Positions 12,655 to 25,932 of a stretch of 64,000 nt of DNA are shown here, piece by piece. The translations under genes and the position numbers were made by a program. The notes under the pieces were generated by a model. That model was not told the origin of the DNA. It saw nothing but the letters and a program-made list of their open reading frames with translations, and did no database searches. The stretch is from Leucoraja erinacea (Eukaryota). The stretch spans positions 43,958,001 through 44,022,000 of the forward strand of contig NC_073391.1 of NCBI RefSeq assembly GCF_028641065.1, written 5' to 3'. The first letter of the stretch is position 1; each line of letters opens with the position of its first letter.

Positions 12655-13095
12655 TGAAAGGTACAGAATTAGGTCATTAGACCCATCAAGTCTACTCCGC
12701 CATTCAATCATGGTTGATCCAGCTTTCCCTCTTAACCCCATTCTCCAGCCTTCTCCCCCTAACCCCTGGCACCAGTACTAATCAAGAATATATCTATCTC
12801 TGCCTTAAAAATATCCATTGACTTGGACTCCATAGCATTTTGTGGTGAAGAATTCCACAGATTCACCACCCTCTGACTAAAGAAATTCCTCGTCATCTCC
12901 TTCGTAAAGGAGTGTCCTTTAATTCTGAGGCTATGACCTCCTAGTCCTAGAATCTCCCACTAGTGGAAACATCCTCTCCACATCCACCCTATCCAGGCCT
13001 TTCACTATTCGGTAAGTTTCCAAGAGGTCCCCCTCATCCAACTAAACTCCGGCAAGAAGAGGCCCAGTGCCGTCAAATGTTCCTCATATGTTAAC
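12655..13095 (-). mobile_element. CR1-type LINE 3' fragment (second subfamily)
   Basis: Homologous to 4180-4745. Confidence 0.75.
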
Positions 13096-13585
13096 CACCA
13101 TTTACTACCACCATTTTCTCTCTGTGAGCCCATTTCAGATCCTGTAATTCTAAACGCCCTAAATGTGTTCCCCTTTTGCGTTGGACTTTGCCAAGACTGA
13201 CAATTCACGTATTTGAAAACTCCGCTAATCCAGCACAGTTGGGACTTTGATGGTGTTGAACTTGGAGATTTCTACTTCAGTTTAGCACGGAAACAGGCAC
13301 TTCAGTCCAAATCCCATGATGACCAAGCTGGTCCCATTTACCCATTATTGTATGTTTTTCAATTAATGCTCCAACACATAATTAATTCACATTTTTCTTT
13401 CAATGTTCCATGGTTGAATGATGAATGCTCTTAGAGGGAGTTCGGGAAATAAGGCTCAATTAATCTTAAAAGGAGCGTGGGAAGCAGAACCAATTAAGTT
13501 TCAAGGGAAGACAGCCAAGAGAACCAAGTGATGTTAAAGATAGCAAGAGAACTACATTTAAAAGGCATTTGGACAGGTACATGGA

Positions 13586-13997
13586 TAGAAACATAGAAAA
13601 TAGGTGCAGGAGTAGGCCATTCGGCCCTTCGAGCCTGCACCGCCATTCAATATGACCTTGGCTGATCATCCAACTCAGTATCCTGTACCTGCCTTCTCTC
13701 CATACCCCCTGATCCCCTTAACCACAAGGGCCACATCTAACTCCCTCTTAAATATAGCCAATGAACTGGCCTCAACTACCCTCTGTGGCAGAGAGTTCCA
13801 GAGATTCACCACTCTCTGTGTGAAAAATGTTCTTCTCATCTCGGTTTTAAAGGATTTCCCCCTTATCCTTAAACTGTGACCCCTTGTTCTGGACTTCCCC
13901 AACATCGGGAACAACCTTCCTGCATCTAGCCTGTCCAACCCCTTGAGAATTTTGTAAGTTTCTTTAAGATCCCCCCTCAATCTTCTAAATTCTAGTG
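13586..13997 (-). mobile_element. CR1-type LINE 3' fragment inserted into an older LINE tail
   Basis: ORF 13675-13980; the flanking older LINE 3' end resumes after it. Confidence 0.9.
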
Positions 13998-14634
13998 AGA
14001 TAGGAAAGGTTTAGAGTGGCACGGGTTCAGCATAGGGAAATGAGACGAGCTTAGATGGGTGCTTTGGACACTTTTGGCAAGATGGGCCGAAGGGCCTGTT
14101 TCTGTGCTGAATGACTCGATGACTCTATAACTGGGAGGGTGGCAAACATCATGAGCCAACTGCTTAACTATCAGAGTTATCGGGACTGTCCAAATTACTG
14201 AAGCTCACAAATCTCCCACGCTCGTTTCATCAACATTTCCTGTTACCTCCTCAAAGGTTTCTCAGCTTAGTAAAAGGCAATCCTCCTTTAACAAAGCCAC
14301 GCCAGGCCTCCTTTATCGACTCAAATTTCTTCTGGGTGCCCACTCACGATGTCCCTGTAACTCTATCGTTATCTTGATGAGTATTCCCGCAGCTGAGGTT
14401 AATCTGACCACAGTGAGAAATAGTTGGCAGGAGAGGATCAGTGTGTTGAGAAGCATTGGTGGAGTGGGAGGTGGGGGCTGGGGGTTATGGAGAGGAATTG
14501 TCAACACTTCGGGTCCAGATCCTGTATCAGAACTGATAGTTGTGAGGGAGGACAGCTGGTATAAAGAGTCGTAGAGCCAAACAGCAAAAAAACATGTATT
14601 TGCACTAAAGGTTATTCCCTTATAGAAAGATGGA

Positions 14635-15005
14635 TAGAAACATAGAAAATAGGTGCAGGAGGAGGCCGTTCGGCCCTTCGAGCCAGCACCAGCCATTCAT
14701 TGAGTTCATGGCTGATCGTCCCCAATCAATAACCCATGCCTGCCTTCTCCCCATATCCCTTGACTCCATTAGCCCCTAGAGTTCTATCTAACTCCCTCTT
14801 AAATCCATCCAGTGACTTGGCCTCCACTGCCCTCTGTGGCAGGGATTTCCATAAATTCACAACTCTCTGGATGAAAAAGTTTTTTCTCACCTTAGTCTTA
14901 AATGACCTCCCCTTTATTCTAAGACTGTGTGGCCCCTGGTTCTGGACTCGCCCAATATTGGGAACATTTTTTCCTGCATCTAGCTTGTCCAGTCCTTTTA
15001 TAATT
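14635..15005 (-). mobile_element. CR1-type LINE 3' fragment
   Basis: CR1 3' end with tail. Confidence 0.8.
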
Positions 15006-15592
15006 TGATATAATTTTATATCATTTTATCATGTATCTATACACTGTAAATGAATTGATTGTAATCATGTATTGTCTTTCTGCTGACTGATCAACTTTTC
15101 ACTGGACCTCGGTACATGTGACAATAAAATAAAACTTAACTAAACTAAACTAAACTGGCAGATTGTTTTCAGTCTGAAGAAGGGATCCGACCCAAAACGT
15201 CACTGTTCCTTTTCGACAGAGATGCTGCCTGACCCCTGCTAAATTACTCCAGCATTTTGTGTCGATCTTCGATGGGAAAAAGTCCCTTTGGCCCAACTCA
15301 TCGGTGCTGGCCAAGCAGCTCATTTAATTTAGTCCCATTCATCCTCATTACTTTTACTTCGTTTAAGTTCAGTTTGTTATTGTCACATGTAACAAGATAG
15401 AATCAAAAGCTTTTGTTTGACTGTCATTCATTCAAAGAAAAGACTCTCCATGAATATAATCAGGTTGTGCACAGTGCACAGATAAAGGATAAAGGGTCGG
15501 GAGTCAAGAATACTTTGTTGTGATATGTCTCGGACAGAACAATTAAATTCTTACTTGGTAAGAATAGGGATAAAACATTCAGTGCAAGATAT

Positions 15593-15953
15593 GGCTAGAT
15601 GCAGGAAGATTGTTCCCGATGTTAGGGAAGTCCAGGACAAGGGGTCACAGCTTTAGGATAAGGGGGAAATCCTTTAAAACTGAGATGAGAAGAACTTTTT
15701 TCACACAGAGAGTGGTGAATCTCTGGAACTCTCTGCCACAGAGGGTAGTTGAGGCCAGTTCATTGGCTATATTTAAGAGGGAGTTAGATGTGGCCCTTGT
15801 GGCTAAGGGGATCAGGGGGTATGGAGAGAAGGCAGGTACGGGATACTGAGTTGGATGATCAGCCATGACCATATTGAATGGCGGTGCAGGCTCGAAGGCC
15901 GAATGGCCTACTCCTGCACCTAATTTCTATGTTTCGATGTTTCTATGTTTCTA
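15593..15953 (+). mobile_element. CR1-type LINE 3' fragment
   Basis: ORF 15610-15849; tail present. Confidence 0.9.
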
Positions 15954-16054
15954 TATGACACTGAAGTTCAATAAAGACCGATGAGAGATTGTTTAAAGGT
16001 CTCCCTTGAGGAATATGGGAGATCAGGTCTGCACTCAAGCAGAAGAGAGGATGT

Positions 16055-16245
16055 GTTTAAGAAGGAACTGCAGATGCTGGAACATCAAAGGTACACAAAA
16101 ATGCTGGAGAAACTCAGCGGGTGCAGCAGCATCTATGGAGCGAAGGAAATAGGCAACGTTTCGGGTGGCCCGAAACGTTGCCTATTTCCTTCGTTCCATA
16201 GATGCTGCTGCACCTGCTGAGTTTCTCCAGCATTTTTGTGTACCT
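16055..16245. mobile_element. Fold-back Penelope-derived mini-element
   Basis: Near-perfect ~75-bp inverted arms centred on gtttcgggtggcccgaaac; flanking gagaggatg repeat. Confidence 0.8.
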
Positions 16246-16629
16246 CAGATGAGAGGATGGTTCAATTGCCTGATAACAGCTGGGAAGAAACTGTCCCTGA
16301 ATCTGGCGCTGTGCATGATTCACACTTCTGTTCCTCTTGCCTGGTGGGAGAGGGGAGATGAGGGAGTTTTAAGGCAGGGATAGGTAGATTCTTGATTATT
16401 ACGGGTGTCAGGGGTTATGGGGAGAAGGCAGGAGAATGGGGATAGATCAGCCATGATTGAATGGCGGAGTAGGCTTGATGGGCCGAATGGCCAAATTCTG
16501 CTCCTATCCCATTTGATCTTATGACCTTATGAGTGTCCTGTATCCTTCAAGAACGTGAGCATGAGGCGCTGAGATGCTGCCTGAGCCGCTGAGTTACTCC
16601 AGCACTCTGTGTTGCCCTAACAAATCCGC

Positions 16630-17102
16630 ACCCATTCACTGATTCCTGGGATGTGGGGCTTATGAAGCATGATGGATAGACTTTTATACTCTCTAGAATT
16701 TAGGAGATTGAGAGGGGATCTTATAGAAACTTACAAAATTTTTAAGGCAGTTGGACAGGTAGATTCTTGATTGTTACCGGTGTTAGGGGTTATGGGGAGA
16801 AGGGGGAGAAGCTTAAGGATCAGGGGGCCATGATTAAAACCGAGATGAGAAGAACTTTTTTCACACAGAGAGTGGTGAATTCTGAACTCTCTGCCACACA
16901 GGGTAGTTGAGGCCAGTTCATTGGCTATATTTAAGAGGGAGTTAGATGTGGCCCTTGTGGCTAAGGGGATCAGGGGGTATGGAGAGAAGGCAGGTACGGG
17001 ATACTGAGTTGGATGATCAGCCATGATCATATTGAATGGCCGTGCAGGCTCAAAGGGCCGAATGGCCTACTCCTGCACCTAATTTCTATGTTTCTATGTT
17101 TC
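16630..17102 (+). mobile_element. Chimeric or nested CR1 fragments
   Basis: CR1 ORF2 C-terminal DNA and tail. Confidence 0.8.
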
Positions 17103-17157
17103 ACTTAATCTGTTCCCTTCTCCTGAAACCATGCTGTATTCTCCAATGGAGCATACA

Positions 17158-17172
17158 CTGCCACCTAGTGGC
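17158..17172 (-). promoter_or_regulatory. Candidate CTCF site
   Basis: Minus strand GCCACTAGGTGGCAG matches the CCASYAGRKGGCRS core, in non-repeat sequence. Confidence 0.45.
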
Positions 17173-17232
17173 ATATCATCTGCAAGCTTGGATATATTAT
17201 ACATGATTCCCTGATCCAAACTGTGGATGTAA

Positions 17233-17238
17233 GTTTAG

Positions 17239-17269
<31 letters not shown>

Positions 17270-17297
17270 TTAGTTTAGTTTAGTTTAGTTTAGTTCA
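17233..17297. repeat. (tttag)n microsatellite (SINE-tail derived)
   Basis: About 12 tandem gttta units. Confidence 0.9.
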
Positions 17298-17867
17298 GAG
17301 ATACAATACATTCGGCCTAAAATCTACTCTGCCATTCAATCGTGGCTGATCTATCTCTCCCTCCTAACCCCATTCTCCTGCCTTCTCCCCACAACGCCTG
17401 ACACCCGTACTAATCAAGAATCTATCTATCTCTGCCTTAAATAGATCCACTGACTTGACCTCCATGGCCTTCAGAATTCCACAGATTCACCACCCTCTGA
17501 TTAATGATATTCCTCCTCATTCCTTCTGATAGGAACGTCCTTTAATTTGGAGGCTATGACCTCTAGTCCTGAACTCTCCCACTAGTGGTTACATCCTCTT
17601 CACGTCCACTCTATCCAAGCCTTTCACTATTTGATACATTTCAATGAGGTCCCCCCCCTCATTTTTCTAAACTCCAGCAAGTACAGACAGGCCCAGTGCC
17701 ATCAAAAGCTAATCATATGTTGACCATGCATTCCTGGAATCATTCTTGTAAAACTCCTCTGGACCTTCCCCCAGAGGCAGCTCATCATTTTCTCGGATAT
17801 GTGGCCCAAAATTGTACAAATCTGGAGTTCTGCAAGATGCCGATGGGTGCATCCGACATCTTCAGAG

Positions 17868-18630
17868 ACATAGAAACATAGAAACATAGACATAGAAATT
17901 AGGTGCAGGAGTAGGCCATTCGGCCCTTCGAGCCTGCACCGCCATTCAATATGATCATGGCTGATCATCCAACTCAGTATCCCGTACCTGCCTTCTCTCC
18001 ATACCCTCTGATCCCCTTAGCCACAAGGGCAACATCTAACTCCCTCTTAAATATAGCCAATGAACTGGCCTCGACTACCCTCTGTGGCAGAGAGTTCCAG
18101 AGATTCACCACTCTCTGTGTGAAAAAAGTTCTTCTCATCTCAGTTTTAAAGGATTTCCCCCTTATCCTTAAGCTGCGACCCCTTGTCCTGGACTTCCCCA
18201 ACATCGGGAGCAATCTTCCTGCATCTAGCCTGTCCAACCCCTTAAGAATTTTGTAAGTTTCTATAAGATCCCCTCTCAGTCTTCTAAATTCTAGAGAGTA
18301 TAAACCAAGTCTATCCAGTCTTTCTTCATAGACAGTCCTGACATCCCAGGAATCAGTCTGGTGAACCTTCTCTGCACTCCCTCTATGGCAAGAATGTCCT
18401 TCCTCAGATTTGGAGACCAAAACTGTACGCAATACTCCAGGTGTGGTCTCACCAAGACCCTGTACAACTTCAGTAGAACCTCCCTGCTCCTATACTCAAA
18501 TCCTTTTGCAATGAAAGCTAACATACCATTCGCTTTCTTCACTGTCTGCTGCACCTGCATGCCTACTTTCAATGACTGGTGTACCATGACACCCAGGTCT
18601 CGCTGCATCTCCCCCTTTCCTAGTCGGCCA
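17868..18630 (-). mobile_element. CR1-type LINE 3' ~760 bp, frameshifted
   Basis: ORFs 18291-18641 and 17974-18432 match the 52198-55325 copy. Confidence 0.92.
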
Positions 18631-18949
18631 CCTACTGCCACCTACTACCACTACCACACGGCACATCTACCAATGCTGGCGATTGATTGTATTTGAGTCC
18701 CATTCAATTCATCACCAGTAATACTTCAGGAATAACCATTTTCTTTGAGCTCTTCATTCCCTCAAGAGCTCCCTGTAACCATTATATTCAAGAAGCTTTC
18801 TATGTCTTTCATTGACTCATGCACAAAATATTCGTTTAAATTCTCTGCCATTTCCTTATCTGCTCACATATAACAGAAAAGTACAGCATAGGAACAGGCC
18901 CTTCAGCCCACAACATCTGTGCCGAAAAGATGCTTGCATATGATCCATA

Positions 18950-19290
18950 TCATAGAAACATAGAAATATAGAAAATAGGTGCAGGATTAGGCCATTCGGC
19001 CCTTCGAGCCTGCACCGCCATTCAATATGATCATGGCTGATCATCCAACTCAGTATCCTGTTCCTGCCTTCTCTCCATACCCCCTGATCCCTTTAGCCAC
19101 AAGGGCCACATCGAACTCCCTCTTAAATATAGCCAATGAACTGGCCTCAACTACCTTCTGTGGCAGAGAATTCCAGAGATTCGCCACTCTCTGTGTGAAA
19201 AATGTTTTTCTCATCTCTGTCCTAAAAGATTTCCCCTTTATCCTTAAACTGTGATCCCTTGTTCTGGACTTCCCCAACATCGGGAACAAT
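18950..19290 (-). mobile_element. CR1-type LINE 3' fragment
   Basis: ORF 19050-19289; tail present. Confidence 0.9.
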
Positions 19291-19737
19291 GTTACGGAGA
19301 GAATATCCTTCTATTCTCTTCGTATCCATGCACCTATCGAAAGGCCTCCTAAATGTCACTATTGTATCTGTCTCCACCACCACCCCTGGCAGCGCGTTCC
19401 AGGCACCCAGCACCCTTTGTGTAACAAAATGTGTCCCGCACATAATTTCTCCCGATTCAGTCTGAAGGCAAACCCTAATTAACTTTAGTTTTTTTCTTTA
19501 TCTATCTATTGGAAACTTTTGATGTTATATTTCCCACTAGTTTTTTCTCACATTACAAGTTCCCCTTCCTTTACAGTGTCTTTGTCCGCCTGCAATGAAT
19601 TTTGAAACATTTCCAAAACAAAGATTTGCTGCTATTTTTTGGCAACATCATCTCGCAATTTAATACTACTTCTGATTGCCAGGGTTGGACCACATTTACT
19701 AAGAAATACCATGTACAATACATCAGAGTAATAGAAG

Positions 19738-20155
19738 CATAGAAACATAGAAAATAGGTGCAGGAGTAGGCCATTCGGCCCCTCGAGCCTGCAGCGCCAT
19801 TCAATACGATCATGGCTGATCATCCAACTCAGTATCCTGTACCTGCTTTCTCTCCATACCCCCTGATCCCTTTAGCCACAAGCGCCACATCTAACTCCCT
19901 CTTAAATATAGCCAATGAACTGGCCTCAACTACATTCTGTGGCAGAGAATTCCAGAGATTCACCACTCTCTGTGTAAAAAATGTTTTTCTCATCTCAGTC
20001 CTAAAAGATTTCCCCTTTATCCTTAAACTGTGACCCCTTCTTCTGGACTTCCCCAACATCGGGAACAATCTTCCTGCATCTAGCCTGTCCAACCCCGTAA
20101 GAATTTTGTAAGTTTCTATATGATCCCCCCTCAATCTTCTAAATTCTAGCGAGTT
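19738..20155 (-). mobile_element. CR1-type LINE 3' fragment
   Basis: ORF 19829-20134; tail present. Confidence 0.9.
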
Positions 20156-20734
20156 CTTTAAGCATCAGCCATTGCCTTTTTACAGTTAATTACTTTTGAC
20201 TTGGGGATTAGGGGAGAAAACAGGAACGGGGTACTGATTTTGGATGGTCAGCCATGATCCTGTTGAATGGCGGTGGTGGCTCGAAGGGATGAATGGCCTC
20301 CTCCTGCACCTATTTTCTATGTTTCTGCGTATTGTGATTTCCCCAACTTTCACAGCATTAGGAAGCCATGTATCACTTTATAAGACTTTTCCAAGATGGT
20401 ACCCAAGCTGGGTGCCTCTTTGTGTGCTAGTCACAGAAGTGGATCTGCAATCACCCATTCCAGACCCTCCACTCTTTTAATTCTCCACACTGCTGTACAC
20501 TGCGGACGGCTCGATTGTAATCATGTATTGTCTTTCCCCTGACTGGTAAGCACGCAACAAAAGCTTTTCACTGTACCTCGGTACACGTGACAATAAACTA
20601 AAACGAGTTTGGAAATGTCTCACTGTTCCTTTTCATTGCTGCACCTTGACCAATGATTCCGAGAAACTTCTACAGTTGCCACATAAAAAGCATACTGTTG
20701 GGTTGCAACACAGCTGTAGACTTTAAACTACTAG

Positions 20735-21025
20735 CTACTTTAGCGATACAGCGTGGAAACAGGCCCTTTGGCCCACCAGGTCCGTGCCGACCAGCGATAC
20801 CCCATACACTAGCACTATCACTATCCCACACACTGGGGACAACTTGTAACTTACAGAAGCCAATTATAACCTTGGAGTGTGAGAGGAAACCGGAGCACCC
20901 GGAGAAAACCTACGCGGTCACGGGGAGAATGTTCAAACTCCGTACAGGCAGCACCCCCTAGTCAGGATCGAACCCGGGTCTCTGGCGCTGCAAGGCAACA
21001 ACTCTACCGCTGTGCCACCGTGCCA
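20735..21025 (-). mobile_element. HE1/V-SINE-type SINE
   Basis: Complete head, body and tail. Confidence 0.8.
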
Positions 21026-21384
21026 CTCTTATTTTGGGAACATCTCTTCCCACGACCACAAGAAATTGCAGAGTTGTTGATGTGGCCCTCAGTCTATCAC
21101 ACAGACATTCCCTCCTGATGATTGATCAACAGTCGTTCTGGTTAGTCATATGTTGATCAATAAACACACCGTATATCTATGCTCTAATATAATATTTCCC
21201 GGCAGCTGCTAATTCGCCAATGCAGTTTTGGACTGCTAATCCTAATTAAAATTAGTTTGGATACTATATGGTACACAAAGTGCTCTCCGTCCATGAGATA
21301 GTTGCCATGGAGACTTTTATACTGCAACAAGGTTAACTGCATCAAAGATTCCCATTTTCAACTTACGGCGGAATGAATCCAAAC

Positions 21385-22120
21385 GCGGCACAGTGGCGCA
21401 GCGGTTGAGTTGCTGCCTGACAGCGCCAGAGACCTCGGTTCGATCCTGACCACGGGTGCTGTCTGTACGGAGTTTGTACGTTCTGCCCGTGACCAGCGTG
21501 AGTTTACTCCGAGATCCTCGGTTTGCTCCCACACTGCAAAGACGTGCCGGTTTGCAGGTTAATTGGCTTGGAATAAATGTAAAATCGACCCTAATATATG
21601 TGTAGGATGACATAGAAACATAGAAACATAGAAAATAGGTGCAGGAGTAGGCCATTCGGCCCTTCGAGCCTGCACCATTCGCCATTCAATATGATCATGG
21701 CTGATCATCCAACTCAGTATCCTGTACCTGCCTTCTCTCCATACCCCCTGATCCCCTTAGCCACAAGGGCCACATCTATCTCCCTCTTAAATATAGCCAA
21801 TGAACTGGCTTCAACTACCTTCTGTGGCAGAGAATTCCAGAGATTCACCACTCTCTGTGTAAAAAATCTTTTTCTCATCTCAGTCCTACAAGATTGCCCC
21901 TTCATCCTTAAACTGTGACCCCTTGTTCTGGACTTCCCCAACATCGGGAACAATCTTCCTGCATCTAGCCTGTCCAACCCCTTAAGAATTTTGTAAGTTT
22001 CTATAAGATCCCCCCTCAATCTTAGCGTGTGTGCGGGGATCGCTGGTCGGCCCAGGTGCCGCTGGGCCGAAGGGCCTGTTTCCGCGCGCTGTTTCTCCAA
22101 ACTTAAAAACGAAACTAAAC
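21385..22120 (+). mobile_element. HE1/V-SINE-type SINE split by a minus-strand CR1 insertion (21610-22022)
   Basis: Head ggcacagtggcgcagcgg...ggttcgatcc; the SINE tail resumes at ~22023. Confidence 0.8.
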
Positions 22121-22299
22121 AATTGCTGAGTTGATGAGAGAGAGAGTAGGTCGTGATTTCAGGAAGGTTGCAGTAGGATACAAAAGTGGGTGGTGGTGGA
22201 AACTTTATGCTGGGATGCAGTATCTGGTCAATGTCCCAATGGGCCTCTGATCACTGGCTCCAGCTCGCCACATGCCCCTGAAAGGACCATCTATTTTCC

Positions 22300-22700
22300 T
22301 GTGTAGGAAGGAGCCGCAGATGCTGGAGTAACTCAGCGGGTCAGGCAGGCAGCATCTCTGGAGAAACAGAATAGGTGACGTTTGGGTCGAGACCCTTCTT
22401 CAGGCCAAGAGTCAGGAGAGAGGGAAACTAGAGGCATGAAAAGGTACAAAGAACAAATGAATGAGAGGTATGAAGAGAACAAATCAAAATCAGCACCGAT
22501 GATCAAGGAAAGGTGGAGCCCACAATGGTCCATTGTTGGCTGTGGAAAAAGTGATATTGAGGGGATACGAACTAAGCAGAACGACAGTGAAACTAGTAGG
22601 GTGATGAGGGGGGTGGAGGAGGGATGGAGAGAGGGGGAATGCAAGGATTACTTGAAGTGAGAACAATCAATATTCATACCTCTGGGATTGCAAGCTGCCC
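22300..22700 (-). mobile_element. Penelope-like element 3' end and terminal repeat
   Basis: End of the coding region (cttgggcagcttgcaatcc...atgaatattg) homologous to the GIY-YIG relics at 25250 and 33360, followed by the terminal repeat. Confidence 0.65.
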
Positions 22701-22714
22701 AAGTTGTCCAACAA

Positions 22715-23840
22715 GCTGAGTTTGAGTATAGAAGTTGGGAGATCAGGTTGCAGTTATATAAGACGTTGGTGAGGCCACATTTAGATTCTGGGAACAAAGT
22801 CAGAGGAAAGATATTCTCAAGCTAGAAAGGGTGCAGAGAAAATGTACGAGGATGTTGCCAGAACCCGAGGGCCTGAGCTATAGGGAGAGGTTGAGCAAGC
22901 TGGGATTCTATTCCTTGGATCGCAAGATGATGATGGCTGATCTTATAGAGCTGTACAAAATCATGAGTGGAATAGATCGCATAAACGCACCATCTCTTGC
23001 CCAGAGGAGGGGAATCAAGAACCATACGTTTAAGGTGATGGGGGAAAAATTTAATAGGAACCTGAGGGGTACACAGCTTGTATTGACGGAGGAGGTAGTT
23101 GAGGCAGGTAGTATCACAACGTTTAAGAAACATTTGAACAGGTGCATGGATAGAAAAGCTTTAGAGAGATTTGGCCCAAATGCAGGCAGGTGGGACTGGT
23201 ATAGCTGGGACATGTTGGTCAGCATGGGCAAGTCGGGCTGAATGGCCTGTTTCCACACTGGATGACTATGACTATCCGTTTGCCCCTGGCCAGTGGTTTC
23301 TCCTTCTATTTGCTTCTGGGAACTTGCCATAGAGCGAGTACAGAGACGGTTCACCAGACTGATTCCTGGGATGTCAGGACTTTCATATGAAGAAAGACTG
23401 GATAGACTCGGCTTGTACTCACTAGAATTTAGAAGATTGAGGGGGGATCTTATAGAAACTTACAAAACTCTTAAGGGGTTGGACAGGCTAGGTGCAGGAA
23501 GATTGTTCCCGATGTTGGGGAAGTCCAGAGCAAGGGGTCACAGTTTAAGGATAAGGGGGAATTCTTTTAGGACTGAGATGAGAAAAATATTTTTTACATA
23601 GAGAGTGGTGAATCTGTGGGATTCTCTGCCACAGAATGTAGTTGAGGCCAGTTTGTTGGCTATATTTAAGAGGGAGTTAGATGTGGCCCTTGTGGCTAAA
23701 GGGAGAAGGCAGTTACAGGATACTGAGTTGGATGATCAGCCATGATCATATTGAATAGCGGTGCAGGCTCGTAGGGCCGAATGGCCTACTTCTGCACCTA
23801 TTTTCTATGTTTCTATGTTTCTATGTTTCTATGTTTTTAT
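22715..23840 (+). mobile_element. Two tandem CR1-type fragments (older 22715-23275; young 23322-23840)
   Basis: ORFs 22831-23241 and 23293-23601. Confidence 0.85.
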
Positions 23841-24754
23841 GCAGTCAAATAAAATCTCATTCACACAGACTCACTCCACTGTCTACTTTAACAAACAGGG
23901 GGTCTGAGCACACACCACTTCCCCTCCTGTTTAAATTTTGCATTTTACTTTGACCATAAATGGCGACTATCCCTTGACTGAGTTTGGGCCCAGTCAGGTT
24001 GAGAATGTGACAGGAACTATGGCCACTAATAATAAACATATGCTGTAAGGAAACATAAGCAGGTTCCAAGGCACAGTCTTGATACATCAATCACAAATAC
24101 CTTTACCTAACAGAGCAATCAGTCTTCACTCTGCATGGACTTATTGGTAGAGTTGCTGCCTCACAGCGCCAGAGACCTGGGTTCGATCCTGACTTTGGGT
24201 GCTGCACGTACGGAGTTTGAACATTCAGCTCGTGACTGCGTGGGTTTTCTCCGGGTGCTCCCTCTGTAAAAGTAAAATTGTCCCTAATATGTAGGGAGTG
24301 GATGAGGAAAGAGGATAATATAGACCTCGCTGTGTAAACGGGTGATCGATAGTCAAAGATAACTCAGCAGGACAGGCAGCATCTCTGGAGTGAAGGAATG
24401 GGTGACGGGTTCGGGTGGTGATCCAGGTCTGAAGAAGGGTCCTGACCCCGAAACGCCACCCATTCCTCCTCTCCAGAGACGCTGCCTGACCCGGCAGTTG
24501 CTCCAACTTTTTGTGTCTATCTTCGGTGTAAACCAGCATCTGCAGTTCCTTCCAACACATTTTGACTGATCGCTGGTCGGTGTGGACTCGATGGGCTGAT
24601 GTCAGCTGCTTTATCTCTGAAACTAAAAAAAAATTAAACCACATTAACCCCAAACCCCTAGGAGAGGGGTGATTTGTGGTCGGTTCAACATGTTCCAGCT
24701 AAATGCAGAAATGAACAGCGTGGAGCCAGGTTCCGAACACAATTGTGTTTCTGT

Positions 24755-24957
24755 GTCGGAATGAACTGCAGATGCTGGTTTAAACCGAAGATAAACACAA
24801 AATGCTGGAGTAACTCAGCGGGGACAGGCCGCATCGCTGTGGAGAAGGAATGGGTGACGTTTCGGGTTGAGACCCTGGAGAAGAGTGTCGACCACTCTTT
24901 CTCCTCAGTCAGAGATGCTGCCTGTCCCGCTGAGTTACTCCAGCATTTTGTTGTCTA
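24755..24957. mobile_element. Fold-back Penelope-derived mini-element with a 16-bp TSD
   Basis: acaattgtgtttctgt at 24739-24754 and 24958-24973. Confidence 0.75.
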
Positions 24958-25249
24958 ACAATTGTGTTTCTGTTGCAGTGAACATCCACACCAATGTTCC
25001 TCAAGGTTAAAACTTCCCTTGACAGTGACTTAACAGGGAGCGGTTGCCAGAATTATTTCTTATGTTAGCTAATGGGCTGGGGAATGTGGAATTCTGTGAT
25101 TCTGTGGCCATTCGCCAACTCATAGACAGCTCTTGGCAAAACTACCAGCGGTTGTAGCCAGTTGGATTGAACCCAAAATGTAAGGATCACTCGCTATCAA
25201 GATTGTCGAATACACTCATGGATAATTACCCAGAGAATAAATGGATGTG

Positions 25250-25760
25250 GTTAAGAAGGAACTGCAGTTGCTGGAAAATCGAAGGTAAACAAAAATGCTG
25301 GAGACACTCAGAGGGTGCAGCAGTATCTATGGAGCGAAGGAGATAGGCAACTTTTCGGGCCGAAACCCTTCTTCAGACAGATGGGGGGGGGGGCGGAGAG
25401 GAAAGGAAAAAGAAGAAAGGTAAAAGGGAGGAGGAGGAGCCCGAAGGCTGAGGGATGGGAGGAGACAGCAAGGGCTAACAAAATTGGGAGAATTCAATGT
25501 TCATGCCCCCAGGATGCAGACTGCCCAAGCGGAATATGAGGTGCTGTTCCTCCAATTTGTTCGCTCTGACCATGGAGGCGACCCAGGACAGAGAGGTCGG
25601 ATACGGAATGGGAGGGGGGAGTTGAAGTGCTGAGCCACCGGGGGAGGTCAGGTTGGTTGATGCGGACCGAGCGGAGGTGTTCGGCGAAACGATCGCCACG
25701 CCTCCGCTTGGTCTCACCGATGTAGATCAGCTGACATCTACAGCAGCGGATGCAATAGAC
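25250..25760 (-). mobile_element. Penelope-like retroelement relic: GIY-YIG endonuclease plus terminal repeat
   Basis: LVYCIRCCRCQLIYIGETKRR.GDRFAEHLRSVR (GIY-YIG signature) followed by the hammerhead-type repeat at ~25345-25378. Confidence 0.85.
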
Positions 25761-25932
25761 GAGGGTGGCACAGTGGTGCAGCGGTAGAGTTGCTGCCTTA
25801 CAACCAGAGTCCTGGGTTCGATCCTGACTACAGGAGCTGACAGTATGGAGTTTGTACGTTCCCCCCTTGACTTGCGTGGGTCTCACCCCGGGATTTCTTT
25901 CCCCCACACTCCAAAGACGTACAAGTTTGTAA

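Noticed and set aside
21121-21161. 11-bp stem hairpin, and a 13-bp AT-rich hairpin at 52009-52038
   Set aside because: Too short for a pre-miRNA call; plausible by chance or as repair-junction products.
21385-21450. tRNA genes
   Set aside because: The A/B-box-like sequences are SINE heads that continue into SINE bodies; no complete cloverleaf was seen.
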